From: Promethearchaeota archaeon
Lineage (GTDB): Archaea > Asgardarchaeota > Lokiarchaeia > Sigyniarchaeales > SOKP01
Reading direction: 5' to 3'
Assembly: GCA_019057865.1 (NCBI GenBank)
Contig: JAHLWP010000021.1
Coordinates: 1 to 64,000 of the forward strand
Length of the DNA stretch: 64,000 nucleotides
Shown here: positions 19,219 through 28,753 of the stretch, piece by piece
Layout: each line of letters begins with the position of its first letter
Numbering within the stretch: the first letter of the stretch is position 1
Program-made: the position numbers and the translations under genes
The notes under the pieces: model-generated
The model's database searches: none
What the model was told of the DNA's origin: nothing
The model's input: only the letters and a program-made list of their open reading frames with translations

Positions 19219-19950
19219 TTATAGTTTTTTTAGTAAGTTCCCTATTTCAGTAGGCATAAAAATTACAATTTTTTGAGATGGTTCTTTTGAAATATCTAGG
19301 ATTGTTTGTAAAGTTCTTAATTGAATCGCAGATGGAGATTGTGATAACAATTTTGCCGCTTCTGCTATATTTTTTGCAGATTCAAGTTCGCCTTGTGAGG
19401 CGATTATTGAAGCACGCTTTTCTCTTTCTTTTTCAGCCTCAACGGCCATAGCACGTTTCATAGTCTGAGGTAATTCAATTTGTTGTATTTTAATTTGACT
19501 GATTTCAATACCCCATTCTCTTGTTTCTTCATCTACTACTTTTCGAATTTCTTGTGAAATTTTTTCTCGTTGTGTTAGAATTTCATCTAATGCCATGCCT
19601 CCAATAACATCCCTTAGTGCACCTTGAGTATAGTTGAATACGGCCCTCACAAAATTTTCAATTTTTGTTGTAGCATATTGAGGATTTATAACTTTATAAA
19701 ATACACTTGTATCGGCGGTAACTGGTATATTATCTTTTGTGATAATATCTTGTTTAGAGATATCTAAGGTTTTAATTCTTAAATCAACTTCCATTGATTT
19801 TTCAATAAGTGGAAATTTATATATTATCCCGGGCCCAACAATTCTTTTATATTTTCCAAATCGAAAGATTATTAAACGTTTATATTCAATTACGGTTCTC
19901 AGTCCTGAAAGAATTATGATGGCAACGATAACTAACAAAAAACCTAACAA
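19219..19950 (-). CDS. SPFH/band-7 stomatin-like membrane protein (possible ATT start at 19980)
   Basis: FRFGK...GPG, VDLRIKTLDI..QDIITKDN, LRDVIG...LDEIL, WGI, MKRAMA.EAE.ERE.RA, LRTLQT. Confidence 0.93.
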   Translation of the reverse strand: MLGFLLVIVAIIILSGLRTVIEYKRLIIFRFGKYKRIVGPGIIYKFPLIEKSMEVDLRIKTLDISKQDIITKDNIPVTADTSVFYKVINPQYATTKIENFVRAVFNYTQGALRDVIGGMALDEILTQREKISQEIRKVVDEETREWGIEISQIKIQQIELPQTMKRAMAVEAEKEREKRASIIASQGELESAKNIAEAAKLLSQSPSAIQLRTLQTILDISKEPSQKIVIFMPTEIGNLLKKL

Positions 19951-20094
19951 AACACCTACTATAATAAATATTTCAGAAATTTCAATCCCTCCATAAAGAT
20001 TATTTCAATTTAAGTAACTTTAAGCTAATTATATCTTTTATCCTATATAATATTGCTTTTACAAAAATAGAAATTTTGTTATAAGTATTCAGTA

Positions 20095-21381
20095 TTAACA
20101 ATGAAGATATTTTTTTAATTCCCACTGTTTTTCATTGTCGTTTGATTTCGCGATTTCATATCCTTGAAGTTCAGTATATTTTATATCCAAATAAATTTCT
20201 CGGAATTCTTTTCCTAAAACCTTTTTTATAAATTCACTGCCTTCAAATGCGTTTAAAGATTCTTCTAAACTTCCCGGGAGTTTTTTAATTCCTAATTTTT
20301 CCCTTTCTTCATTAGTTAAATTATCAACATTTTTAGTAGTTGGCGTATTCGGTTCGATTTTATTTTTTATTCCCTCTAATCCAGCTGCAAGTAATATGGC
20401 ACTACCAAGATACATATTCATAGCTCCATCTCCAGCTCTATATTCAATTCGAGCAGATTTTTCATAACCTGGAACACGTATTAGTGCAGTTCTATTACCA
20501 ATTCCCCAAGAAGTATATACTGGTGCTTCATGATTAGGAATTAAACGTTTATAAGAGTTAGTAGAAGAATTTAATAGTGCAGAAATTGCGAATATATGTT
20601 TTTGAATTCCTCCAATATAATATCTAAGAATATCACTTATCCCTTTTTCTTTATCAGCAAAAAGATTTTCACCATTTTTAGAAAGGAATTGATGTATGTG
20701 AAGACCATTACCAGCCATTTCAGGAAATGGTTTTGGCATATAGGTACAAATAAGATCATTATGAAATGCTTTTACTTTTGTAATCAACTTTGCTGTTTGA
20801 ACATTATCCGCTTGGTGTAAAGCATTGTCAGTGGTTAATTCTACTTCTTGTTGACCAGAACCAAATTCATGGTGGAAAGTTTTAACACCAATACCCATTT
20901 GAATCATTTCATCAATAATTTGACGACGTAAATCTTGGAAGGGATCTTTAGGAAGCATATCCATATATGTACCCATGTCGCCTGGATTTTTATCTTTTGT
21001 AATAAAGTACCATTCTAATTCTGGTCTAGTTTTAAAAGTATATCCCAAAGATTTGGCCTTATCGATAATTTTCCTTAAAATTCCGCGAGGACATGTTGGA
21101 TATGGCTTTCCTTTATTATCGGTTAAATCGCAAATAAAGCGCCCAACTCTGGGATTAAATGAGAGTATTGCAAAAGTACTGAAATCAGGAACAGCACACA
21201 TATCACTTTGCTCGGTTTTAAGGAATCCAAGAGATGAACCATCTACTCCTGTACCTTCCTGCATCTCATTCCAGATTTTAGTAGGAAACTCAACAGCTTT
21301 AAATTCACCTAAAATAGTCGTAAACTGGAACTGAATGTAATCTAATCCTTTCTCTTCAAAAATTTTATTAAAATCTGTCAT
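20095..21381 (-). CDS. glnA: Glutamine synthetase type I family
   Basis: DGSS, SDM, PELEW, HHE..SGQQE, MPKP...AGNGLHIH, NSYKRL..HEAP, NRTALIRVP, RIEYR. Confidence 0.88.
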   Translation of the reverse strand: MTDFNKIFEEKGLDYIQFQFTTILGEFKAVEFPTKIWNEMQEGTGVDGSSLGFLKTEQSDMCAVPDFSTFAILSFNPRVGRFICDLTDNKGKPYPTCPRGILRKIIDKAKSLGYTFKTRPELEWYFITKDKNPGDMGTYMDMLPKDPFQDLRRQIIDEMIQMGIGVKTFHHEFGSGQQEVELTTDNALHQADNVQTAKLITKVKAFHNDLICTYMPKPFPEMAGNGLHIHQFLSKNGENLFADKEKGISDILRYYIGGIQKHIFAISALLNSSTNSYKRLIPNHEAPVYTSWGIGNRTALIRVPGYEKSARIEYRAGDGAMNMYLGSAILLAAGLEGIKNKIEPNTPTTKNVDNLTNEEREKLGIKKLPGSLEESLNAFEGSEFIKKVLGKEFREIYLDIKYTELQGYEIAKSNDNEKQWELKKYLHC

Positions 21382-21420
21382 TGTTTTCGTCAGTTATTTT
21401 TAAGTTATTTTTTTTTTATT

Positions 21421-21627
21421 TCATTTATTTAAGACTAGTTTCGCGAAATATTCAAAATCTCTATTATAAGACTTCTCTGCATTTTTTGAGATTTTAGCAA
21501 AAATGCATCCTGGTAATTGATTCATTGAAAGATGATATTCTATACATTCGCAACATTTTCCTCTTCTACTGCAATCATAAGTACAAGAACACCTATTTTT
21601 TATTTCTTCTTGATTACATTCTGTCAT
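21421..21627 (-). CDS. Small Cys-rich protein (DUF6485-like)
   Basis: CSCTYDCSRRGKCCECIEYH...QLPGC.F...AEKSYNR.FEYF. Confidence 0.7.
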   Translation of the reverse strand: MTECNQEEIKNRCSCTYDCSRRGKCCECIEYHLSMNQLPGCIFAKISKNAEKSYNRDFEYFAKLVLNK

Positions 21628-21829
21628 AATTCAATCGATTATTTTGTATATTAGTATAGAAATTATAGAATTTAAATTAATCATACTTTAAAAAAATTAA
21701 AATATATGAAAAAAGGTGGGAAAAATATTAAAGATTATCTAATACTTTCTGAAACTTTAATATTTTTAGTTCCACTATTTACACTTAATAGTCATTCAAT
21801 TATAAGTAATATTTTAAGGTAAAAGTCGA

Positions 21830-22855
21830 ATGCAGAATGAAATAACTGAACCTTCTGATTTATTAGATGAGAATGGTGAATTAATTCAAAAAGGATGGGC
21901 TCGTAAGCTATTACTTAAGTATGATCGCTCAAAAATTAAAGCTGGATGGCTTAGAATCAAAGAATGGGATTATTATGCAATTTTAAATCCCGATTATGGG
22001 GTAACGTTTACCTTTTCAGATTTAGGATATGCTGGACTAATTGCAGTTGTGTGGTTAGATTTTAAAGAGAAAGTTTTTATACTTGATGAAATAATGGTCT
22101 GGTTCACTAAGGGGCATTTGAATTTACCTAACAGCTCTGAAACTGGAGATATCAATTTTTCTGAAAAGGGAATAACACTTTCATTTAAAAAAGAAGAAGA
22201 TATTCGCATTCTTAACTTTAATTTTCCCAATTTCGACAATGGTCGAGGAATTGAAGCAAATTTAGTATTATATCAAGATCCTAATATGGACACAATGGTA
22301 ATTGCTACTCCATGGAAGGAAAAACCAACAAGGTTTTATTATAATCAAAAAATCAATTGTATGCCTACTCAGGGATTTGTGCAATTAGGTAATCAGAAAT
22401 ATGATTTTACTGATTATAATAGTTTTGGGGTCTTGGATTGGGGTAGAGGAGTATGGACTTATAAAAATACATGGTATTGGGGTTCTGCTTCAGGTAAGTT
22501 AGAAGATGGTACTTCAATTGGATGGAATATAGGATATGGGTTTAGTGATAGAACTTATGCCAGTGAAAACGTGATTTTTTATGATGGCATAGCACATAAA
22601 TTAGATCAAATAACTTTTCATTTCGATCCAGAAAGTTATATGAAGCCATGGAAATTTACGAGTAATAATGGGCGGTTTGAGATGGATTTTGAACCTATAA
22701 TAGACAGAAATTCGAAAATTAATTTTTTAGTTCTAAAAAGCCTTCAACACCAAGTTTTTGGCTATTATACTGGATCGCTTATTCTTGATGATGGAACTAA
22801 AATTCAAATAAAACGCCTATTGGGCTTTGCAGAAGAAGTTTTTAACAAATGGTAA
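21830..22855 (+). CDS. DUF2804 family protein
   Basis: RIKEWDYY, FYYNQKINCMP, LDWGRGVWTYKNTWYWGSA, WNIGYGF, HQVFG, GFAEEV.NKW. Confidence 0.85.
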   Translation: MQNEITEPSDLLDENGELIQKGWARKLLLKYDRSKIKAGWLRIKEWDYYAILNPDYGVTFTFSDLGYAGLIAVVWLDFKEKVFILDEIMVWFTKGHLNLPNSSETGDINFSEKGITLSFKKEEDIRILNFNFPNFDNGRGIEANLVLYQDPNMDTMVIATPWKEKPTRFYYNQKINCMPTQGFVQLGNQKYDFTDYNSFGVLDWGRGVWTYKNTWYWGSASGKLEDGTSIGWNIGYGFSDRTYASENVIFYDGIAHKLDQITFHFDPESYMKPWKFTSNNGRFEMDFEPIIDRNSKINFLVLKSLQHQVFGYYTGSLILDDGTKIQIKRLLGFAEEVFNKW

Positions 22856-22910
22856 ATTAGAATTTGAATATTGGTATTAAAATTATAGAATTTTTGAAAA
22901 TATTAAATCC

Positions 22911-23018
22911 TTATTCTACTAAACTAAATGTTCCCTCACTTTCCCCACAATTGGGGCATTCTTCCGGAATATCATCCAGATCAAATTCAAATCCACATTT
23001 ATCACACTGCCAGGCCAA
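22911..23018 (-). CDS. 35-aa rubredoxin-like/zinc-ribbon microprotein (not in the ORF track)
   Basis: TTG start after GGGGT; MAWQCDKCGFEFDLDDIPEECPNCGESEGTFSLVE; two CxxCG knuckles. Confidence 0.8.
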   Translation of the reverse strand: MAWQCDKCGFEFDLDDIPEECPNCGESEGTFSLVE

Positions 23019-23176
23019 GAAAATTTACCCCATTGGGATGATTTAAATGTATTTTATTTAATATAAAAAAAAATTTATCTAAATTTAAAATTTTTTTGGG
23101 AATAATATTGATTTTATTATTTTAGGCGGTAATACCCTCTTTTCAATTATAAAAGGACAAGTATGATAAATTCTGA

Positions 23177-23710
23177 TTATTCAGAAATAATAGCAATTAT
23201 TCTTTGGAATATTTCTTGTTGATTTTGGCGACTTAAAGTAAATACTACTACTTCTGGTATCTTAAGAAGAGAATCCTTTAATGGATGCTCTATTTTTTGA
23301 CCAATTGTTGCTATAATTTTAGTATCTGAATGAAAATATTCATTAATTAGATTTTGAAATTTTCTAGAGAAAAGCTCCATTTTTCCAATTTCATCAATAA
23401 CTAATAATTCTCCTTTATGAAAAACCATATCTTCTAATTTTGAGATTAAATTCTCAAATTCTTCTATAAAGATGCAATATCGCCCTAATTTGTACTTTGT
23501 GTTATAGTTTCCAATCCTTGCTAATTTTCCTCTTTCTCTTGAATTAATATCTTCGAAATCAAAACCAATTCGATTGCCCTCTCTTCGAACTTCTGGAGTT
23601 AAGAAGCCACGAATTGTATAATTGCGCCCAGAGAAATATTCTATTAATTTTACTATTAAAGTCGATTTACCACTTCGAGGTGGACCTGTTATAAGGATTT
23701 TTTTATTCAT
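23177..23710 (-). CDS. NTPase (THEP1/NTPase_1 family)
   Basis: ITGPPRSGKST, GFLTPEVR..G.RIGF, LLVIDEIGKMELFS. Confidence 0.92.
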   Translation of the reverse strand: MNKKILITGPPRSGKSTLIVKLIEYFSGRNYTIRGFLTPEVRREGNRIGFDFEDINSRERGKLARIGNYNTKYKLGRYCIFIEEFENLISKLEDMVFHKGELLVIDEIGKMELFSRKFQNLINEYFHSDTKIIATIGQKIEHPLKDSLLKIPEVVVFTLSRQNQQEIFQRIIAIISE

Positions 23711-23809
23711 TTGATTGATAAATCAAAATTTTAAATATAGTAAGAATTTAAATGAAATTATATAATAATTAATTAATTCTTTTTTAAAAATTATAAAGAG
23801 AGATGAAAA

Positions 23810-24757
23810 ATGAAAAGTTCTACATTTACTTTTACAGATCAAGATGGAATTGAGATTTTTGTGTATAAATGGGAACCAGAAACAGAACCTAAAGCTGCTG
23901 TACAATTTATTCATGGATTAGCAGAGCATGCTAGAAGATATGCTCGAGTAGCAGAAGCTTTATGCAATGAAGGATATATTTGTTATGCGAATGATACTCG
24001 TGGTCATGGAATGACTGGTGGCGATTTAACTGAAGCGACTTTAGAGGGGATTGCTGGAGTTTTAGGATCGAATGGATGGAGAGGAGTAGTAAATGATGTT
24101 TACGAGCTATCAAAAATAGTAAAGAAAGAAAATCTTAACCTTCCTTTATTTTTAATAGGACACTCCTGGGGTGCTATGATTGCACAAGATTATATTCAAG
24201 AATGGGGAAATGAAATCAAAGGGTGCATTCTAAGTGGTACTAATGGAAAAGTAAGAGCATTAGTGCTTAAAGCTGGTAAAGTGATTGTTAAAGGTGAGAT
24301 AAAAAAATTAGGACCAACTGCTCCAAGCGAAAAAATGCATAATATGAATTTTAAGTCATATAATCATGATTGGCAACAAGAAGAAGGCGCAACAGGATTT
24401 GAATGGCTCAGTAGAGACAAAACAGAAGTCCAAAAGTATATTGATGATCCTTGGTGTGGATTCATTAGTCCTGCAACCTTATGGTTGGAATTTATTAAAG
24501 GGAATAAAAAAATATATGATGAAAAAAATGAACAAAAAATACCAAAAAATTTGCCAATTTATTTTATTTCGGGATCTTTATGTCCAGTAGGAAATAAAAC
24601 TAAAGGAGTCATGGCTATGATTAATCGACTAAAGAAATACGGCATTAAAGATCTTAATTATAAATTCTATCAAGACGCCCGACATGAAATATTTAATGAA
24701 ATCAATCGTGAAGAAGTTTTTAAAGATGTTATTAACTGGCTAGATTCTCACTTATAA
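23810..24757 (+). CDS. Alpha/beta hydrolase, lysophospholipase/monoglyceride lipase-like
   Basis: HGLAEH..RY, DTRGHG, GHSWG nucleophile elbow, WLSRD, ARHEIFNE. Confidence 0.9.
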   Translation: MKSSTFTFTDQDGIEIFVYKWEPETEPKAAVQFIHGLAEHARRYARVAEALCNEGYICYANDTRGHGMTGGDLTEATLEGIAGVLGSNGWRGVVNDVYELSKIVKKENLNLPLFLIGHSWGAMIAQDYIQEWGNEIKGCILSGTNGKVRALVLKAGKVIVKGEIKKLGPTAPSEKMHNMNFKSYNHDWQQEEGATGFEWLSRDKTEVQKYIDDPWCGFISPATLWLEFIKGNKKIYDEKNEQKIPKNLPIYFISGSLCPVGNKTKGVMAMINRLKKYGIKDLNYKFYQDARHEIFNEINREEVFKDVINWLDSHL

Positions 24758-24785
24758 CTTAATTTTTTTCTAAATTTTTCCAATT

Positions 24786-25919
24786 CTATTTATTTAATTC
24801 TTTAAATTTCAATAATAGTTCTTTTTGTTTATCAGATATTTTTTCAGGTACTTTAATATTCACTATGACATATTGATCTCCCCTTTCTTTTCCCCGTAGA
24901 TAAGTTGCTCCACTTTTTTTAATTCGAAATTCTGTTCCAGGCTGAGTTCCTGGAGGGATTGTCAACTCTTTTTCTGTCAGCTTCTTTTCTTTATAGTCTA
25001 AAGTTGGAACTTTTATTTTTCCACCTAAAATTGCAGTTATAATATCCAAATCTATTGGTGTATAAAGATCATAACCACGGCGAATAAACTTTTCATTCTC
25101 TTTAATTCTAATCCCCAAATAAAGATCACCAGGAATAGCATTTACAGAAGGTACATGGCCAGCACCTTGAACTTTCAAATGAACTCCATTTTCTATACCA
25201 GGTGGTATATTAACATGTATAGTTTTATGATCAGGAACCACCTTTTTACCATTACACATCTTACACTTCTTATTAATTACTTTACCTATACCATTACAAG
25301 CATAGCATTCTGACTCACGAATAATAGTACCAAATCCAGATTGCGTCATTTTCCTAATTCGACCCGTTCCTTGACACTCTGGGCAATTAGTGATACTTGA
25401 TGGATCTTCAGCCCCTGTTCCTTCACAGGCGTCACAAGGAGTATATCGTTCTATTGGGACATCTTTTTTTACTCCAAACATAGCCTCTTCAAAACTAATT
25501 TCTAAGAAATCTTCTATATCTTGTCCGACTTCTCGACGTGGTGCAGTTCTTCTTCTAGCTCTTGAACCAAAACCACTAAAACCAAAATCATCAAACCCTC
25601 CAAATGGACTAAATTCACCAAAGATGCTTCGAAATAACTCATTGATACCTGGTATTCCACCACGGAAAAAATCACTCATATCTATCTCTACTCCACTAAA
25701 ACCGAAGCGATCATAATTTCTCCTCTTATCAGGATCACTTAATACCTCATAAGCTTCCTGGAGTTCGATAAATTTTTCTTTTGCTTTAGGATCTGTTTTG
25801 TTCATATCTGGGTGAAGTTCCTTAGCTAATCTACGATATGCTAGTTTGATATCGTTCTGGGAAGCATCTTTACTTACACCCAATACCTCATAATAATCTC
25901 TTTTTTTGCTTGAACTCAT
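24786..25919 (-). CDS. dnaJ: Chaperone DnaJ
   Basis: J-domain [13 protein letters not shown] region, four CxxCxGxG-type repeats. Confidence 0.97.
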   Translation of the reverse strand: MSSSKKRDYYEVLGVSKDASQNDIKLAYRRLAKELHPDMNKTDPKAKEKFIELQEAYEVLSDPDKRRNYDRFGFSGVEIDMSDFFRGGIPGINELFRSIFGEFSPFGGFDDFGFSGFGSRARRRTAPRREVGQDIEDFLEISFEEAMFGVKKDVPIERYTPCDACEGTGAEDPSSITNCPECQGTGRIRKMTQSGFGTIIRESECYACNGIGKVINKKCKMCNGKKVVPDHKTIHVNIPPGIENGVHLKVQGAGHVPSVNAIPGDLYLGIRIKENEKFIRRGYDLYTPIDLDIITAILGGKIKVPTLDYKEKKLTEKELTIPPGTQPGTEFRIKKSGATYLRGKERGDQYVIVNIKVPEKISDKQKELLLKFKELNK

Positions 25920-26121
25920 AATCTCTTAGATTCTTGTTGTGATCGAATAAGCTTAAAATTCAAGTAATTAAAATTGTTTCTGAAATTTAATTTTTTAGGT
26001 AATAGGTTATTAATATATGAAAGCTGTGATTATTTATGAATAATCTGAATAATCTATAAAATAATGTAGTTTATTAAAAATTCATAAAACCTTATATATA
26101 ACATTAACTTATCTAAATTCT

Positions 26122-26664
26122 ATGGAATCTAATGAAATTGAAATAACTGAAAATCTTAAAATTAGATATTATGTAGTCTCCGGTTGCTTAGTAATTCTCT
26201 TTATTATACTTACCTATTCGTTTAGTCAATTCCCAGGTAAAGCGTTTTTATATTTTCTCCTTTTTGAGGGAATTTTGGCGGCCATTATAGTTCCTCTTAT
26301 GATTTACGCCTATTCTAGAAACAAATGGGTAACCTATGCCTTATCAGAACAAAAATTTATGATTGTAAAGCCAAAAAAGATTCGCTTTGAAATTAGCTGG
26401 TCGGAATTTGATGTTATGAAATTCAAACTATTAGGGAGTGAGTTTGGCACACTTAAACCTAGAAAACTGGAAAGGAAAACCAATACATTTAAAATTAAAT
26501 TTTTACGTGGAAATGATCAGATTAAAGATATAAAATTTGGCGTACTCGATAAAGCTAAAGCGAGATATCTAGCCGAGACAATAGTTAATTATGCAAAAAA
26601 TATGGGTAAAGAAATCATCGTAAAACAACGTGATATAAAACTAAGAAATCTAGATACTGAATAG
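26122..26664 (+). CDS. Two-TM membrane protein with soluble beta domain (paralogue of 60886-61401)
   Basis: TM hairpin then EQKFMIV..ISWSEFD..NYAKNMGKEII; TATA-like TTATATATA about 25 nt upstream. Confidence 0.65.
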   Translation: MESNEIEITENLKIRYYVVSGCLVILFIILTYSFSQFPGKAFLYFLLFEGILAAIIVPLMIYAYSRNKWVTYALSEQKFMIVKPKKIRFEISWSEFDVMKFKLLGSEFGTLKPRKLERKTNTFKIKFLRGNDQIKDIKFGVLDKAKARYLAETIVNYAKNMGKEIIVKQRDIKLRNLDTE

Positions 26665-26770
26665 AAGCTTAAATTAGATAATTTAGTTTTTTTCAATAAA
26701 AAAGATAAATTAAATCATTTTTTTTATTTAAAATAATTGTAAAAAAAAAGAGTTTTATTCTCTTTCTTAA

Positions 26771-26893
26771 TTATTCAAATTCGGTCGTGTTTGTACAGAG
26801 ACTACCATCCCCTATTCAAGAGAATTAGAAGACCAAGTCCTGCCGAATATAAAAAGGATTGTAAATGAAGCTCTTAAAATTCTAAAGATATGA
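26771..26893 (+). pseudogene. C-terminal remnant of a 2-oxoacid dehydrogenase E1-beta/transketolase-C-like gene
   Basis: No start codon; translates GRVCTETTIPYSRELEDQVLPNIKRIVNEALKIL, matching the RV....PY...LE...LP....I E1-beta tail. Confidence 0.6.
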
Positions 26894-26916
26894 AGAATTT
26901 GAAAGGTATAATTAAA

Positions 26917-28299
26917 TCAATCTTTTTTCTTAGTTTTAACGATTTTATTTGAAATGATAATTGTACTCACTACAGCTACTAAAGTTATTATTGTAACTGA
27001 GAATCCATCTATTTTAAATCCCTCTTCTTCAAAATTTAAATTGGCATTACCCTGGAAACTTCCCTCGACTGCAGCGATTCCCCCATCAAATAACATTATA
27101 TCTGGAGTACCATTACCATTAATATCTGGAACAATGTACATCTCTTCAGCACCATGGAAATGCGTTCCACTTATCGAAATTAATTGAGAACCATTATTTC
27201 CTGAAAAAACTTCATGGGGGTAGAAATCCCCAAAAATTCCATAATCATCATATCCATCAGCATTCACATCACCACAATATATTACTCCATGCATATAATT
27301 TAAAAGGTTTTGAGCAGTATGATTGCGGATTAATGTTCCATCCATTCCTGAACAAACGCCGACTTTATCACCTGTAGTGTATAAACCACCAAAATCTCCA
27401 AATCCATCATTATTTATATCACCCACATAATGCAATGAATGCATATCTAATATATTCGACCAGATAATAGTGTTATCAGATGCATTTATTAAAGTAACCC
27501 CCGCTCCTGTATTAGTTATAATTGCATCTGAGCCAAAACCGGCACCGTCTGGAATGACATCGAGCCCCCATCCAACTCCAGATCTATTCCATATTTCTAT
27601 GCCATTATGTGTTAATACTTGTAAAAAGCCCGAAATTATCAAAATATGTTGTGTTGAATTTATGTTTATAGATCGTATCCCGTTAGACACTTGTAAAAGT
27701 TCATATTCCCAAATCACCGATGCATTTATACTTTCAATACACTGAACAATAGCTCTTGGAGTGTAATCTATACCTGTAATGACATAGTCATTAACACCAT
27801 TACTATTTACATCGTGGTCTAAACCGAATCCACAATCAATAATAGGCCAATAAAAACCATATCTTCTATTTTCTTCATCGGGACTATCTAATGCAACCCC
27901 GTTCTCCCCATTAAGTAGATAATGATTATTCCAAACAGCTTCAAATATTAACTGTTCTGTAATACCATCCCCATTTGCATCAATTCCAGAATCACAGCCC
28001 CAGAGAACTTCATGATGTAACCCCCATTGATTCCAGATCTCTTTTGGACCACCATGTGCAGGATTCACGTCAAGAGCTTTTGTATAAATAGCGCCACATA
28101 TACCTATTTCTCGCCATCCATCACCATTAATATCATCCATAACCCACGCTCCCCACGTTCTTCCCTCTGTTTCCTTATATGCAAATAAGACACCTGTACT
28201 CGTAGCTGCTATACAAATTGGTGTATAACTTAGTAAAAGAGAATTAGGTATAAATAATGAAAGGAGAATTATTAGAGATAGTTTTGCTTTTAAGTTCAT
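26917..28299 (-). CDS. Secreted FG-GAP/VCBS-repeat beta-propeller surface protein with C-terminal TM anchor (Loki-CTERM-like)
   Basis: Signal peptide; DINGDG, DANGDG, DVNSNG, DINNDG, DVNADG, DINGNG Ca-binding loops; IDGF + TM + KKKD tail. Confidence 0.82.
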   Translation of the reverse strand: MNLKAKLSLIILLSLFIPNSLLLSYTPICIAATSTGVLFAYKETEGRTWGAWVMDDINGDGWREIGICGAIYTKALDVNPAHGGPKEIWNQWGLHHEVLWGCDSGIDANGDGITEQLIFEAVWNNHYLLNGENGVALDSPDEENRRYGFYWPIIDCGFGLDHDVNSNGVNDYVITGIDYTPRAIVQCIESINASVIWEYELLQVSNGIRSININSTQHILIISGFLQVLTHNGIEIWNRSGVGWGLDVIPDGAGFGSDAIITNTGAGVTLINASDNTIIWSNILDMHSLHYVGDINNDGFGDFGGLYTTGDKVGVCSGMDGTLIRNHTAQNLLNYMHGVIYCGDVNADGYDDYGIFGDFYPHEVFSGNNGSQLISISGTHFHGAEEMYIVPDINGNGTPDIMLFDGGIAAVEGSFQGNANLNFEEEGFKIDGFSVTIITLVAVVSTIIISNKIVKTKKKD

Positions 28300-28433
28300 A
28301 TTTATTAATATTTCATTTTCAAATATTTAAGCATTTTGCTCTATATTTGCTAACCATCTTCAATTTAAGACAGAATAGTCGATTTTTTTTAACAAATACC
28401 TTGAAATGATTTAGATGTTATTGTAAGTATTAG

Positions 28434-28690
28434 ACTATTGATGGAGAAATAAAAAAAGCCCCTGCAATTTATTTCCGTTTAATTTCAAAAGGTAATAAAT
28501 TTGTGAGTATAAGACCAGAGATAAGTATAAAGCAGACCTATATGAGTTAACTGCTAAGAAAAATGAATTTAGAGTAGAACGGGAGACTCTAAATAAAAAC
28601 CTTCTTTTAAGAATTTTTGGAGATATTCAGGAGGAAGTAGATCAGTTCGTCACTTGTTTAGAAAATAACTTTCTTATAGATGATTATTGA
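28434..28690 (+). pseudogene. Frameshifted gene remnant of unknown function
   Basis: Two overlapping protein-like frames (TIDGEIKKAPAIYFRLISKG... / DKYKADLYEL...LLLRIFGDIQEEVDQFV...DY*) with no intact start. Confidence 0.4.
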
Positions 28691-28753
28691 TAATTTTAGC
28701 AAAAAAAAGTGTTTTGAATTTAATTAAACTTTCTTCTCTTTAACCAGAATATT

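Noticed and set aside
22864-23046. 60-aa plus-strand ORF
   Set aside because: Shadow of the minus-strand rubredoxin-like microprotein.
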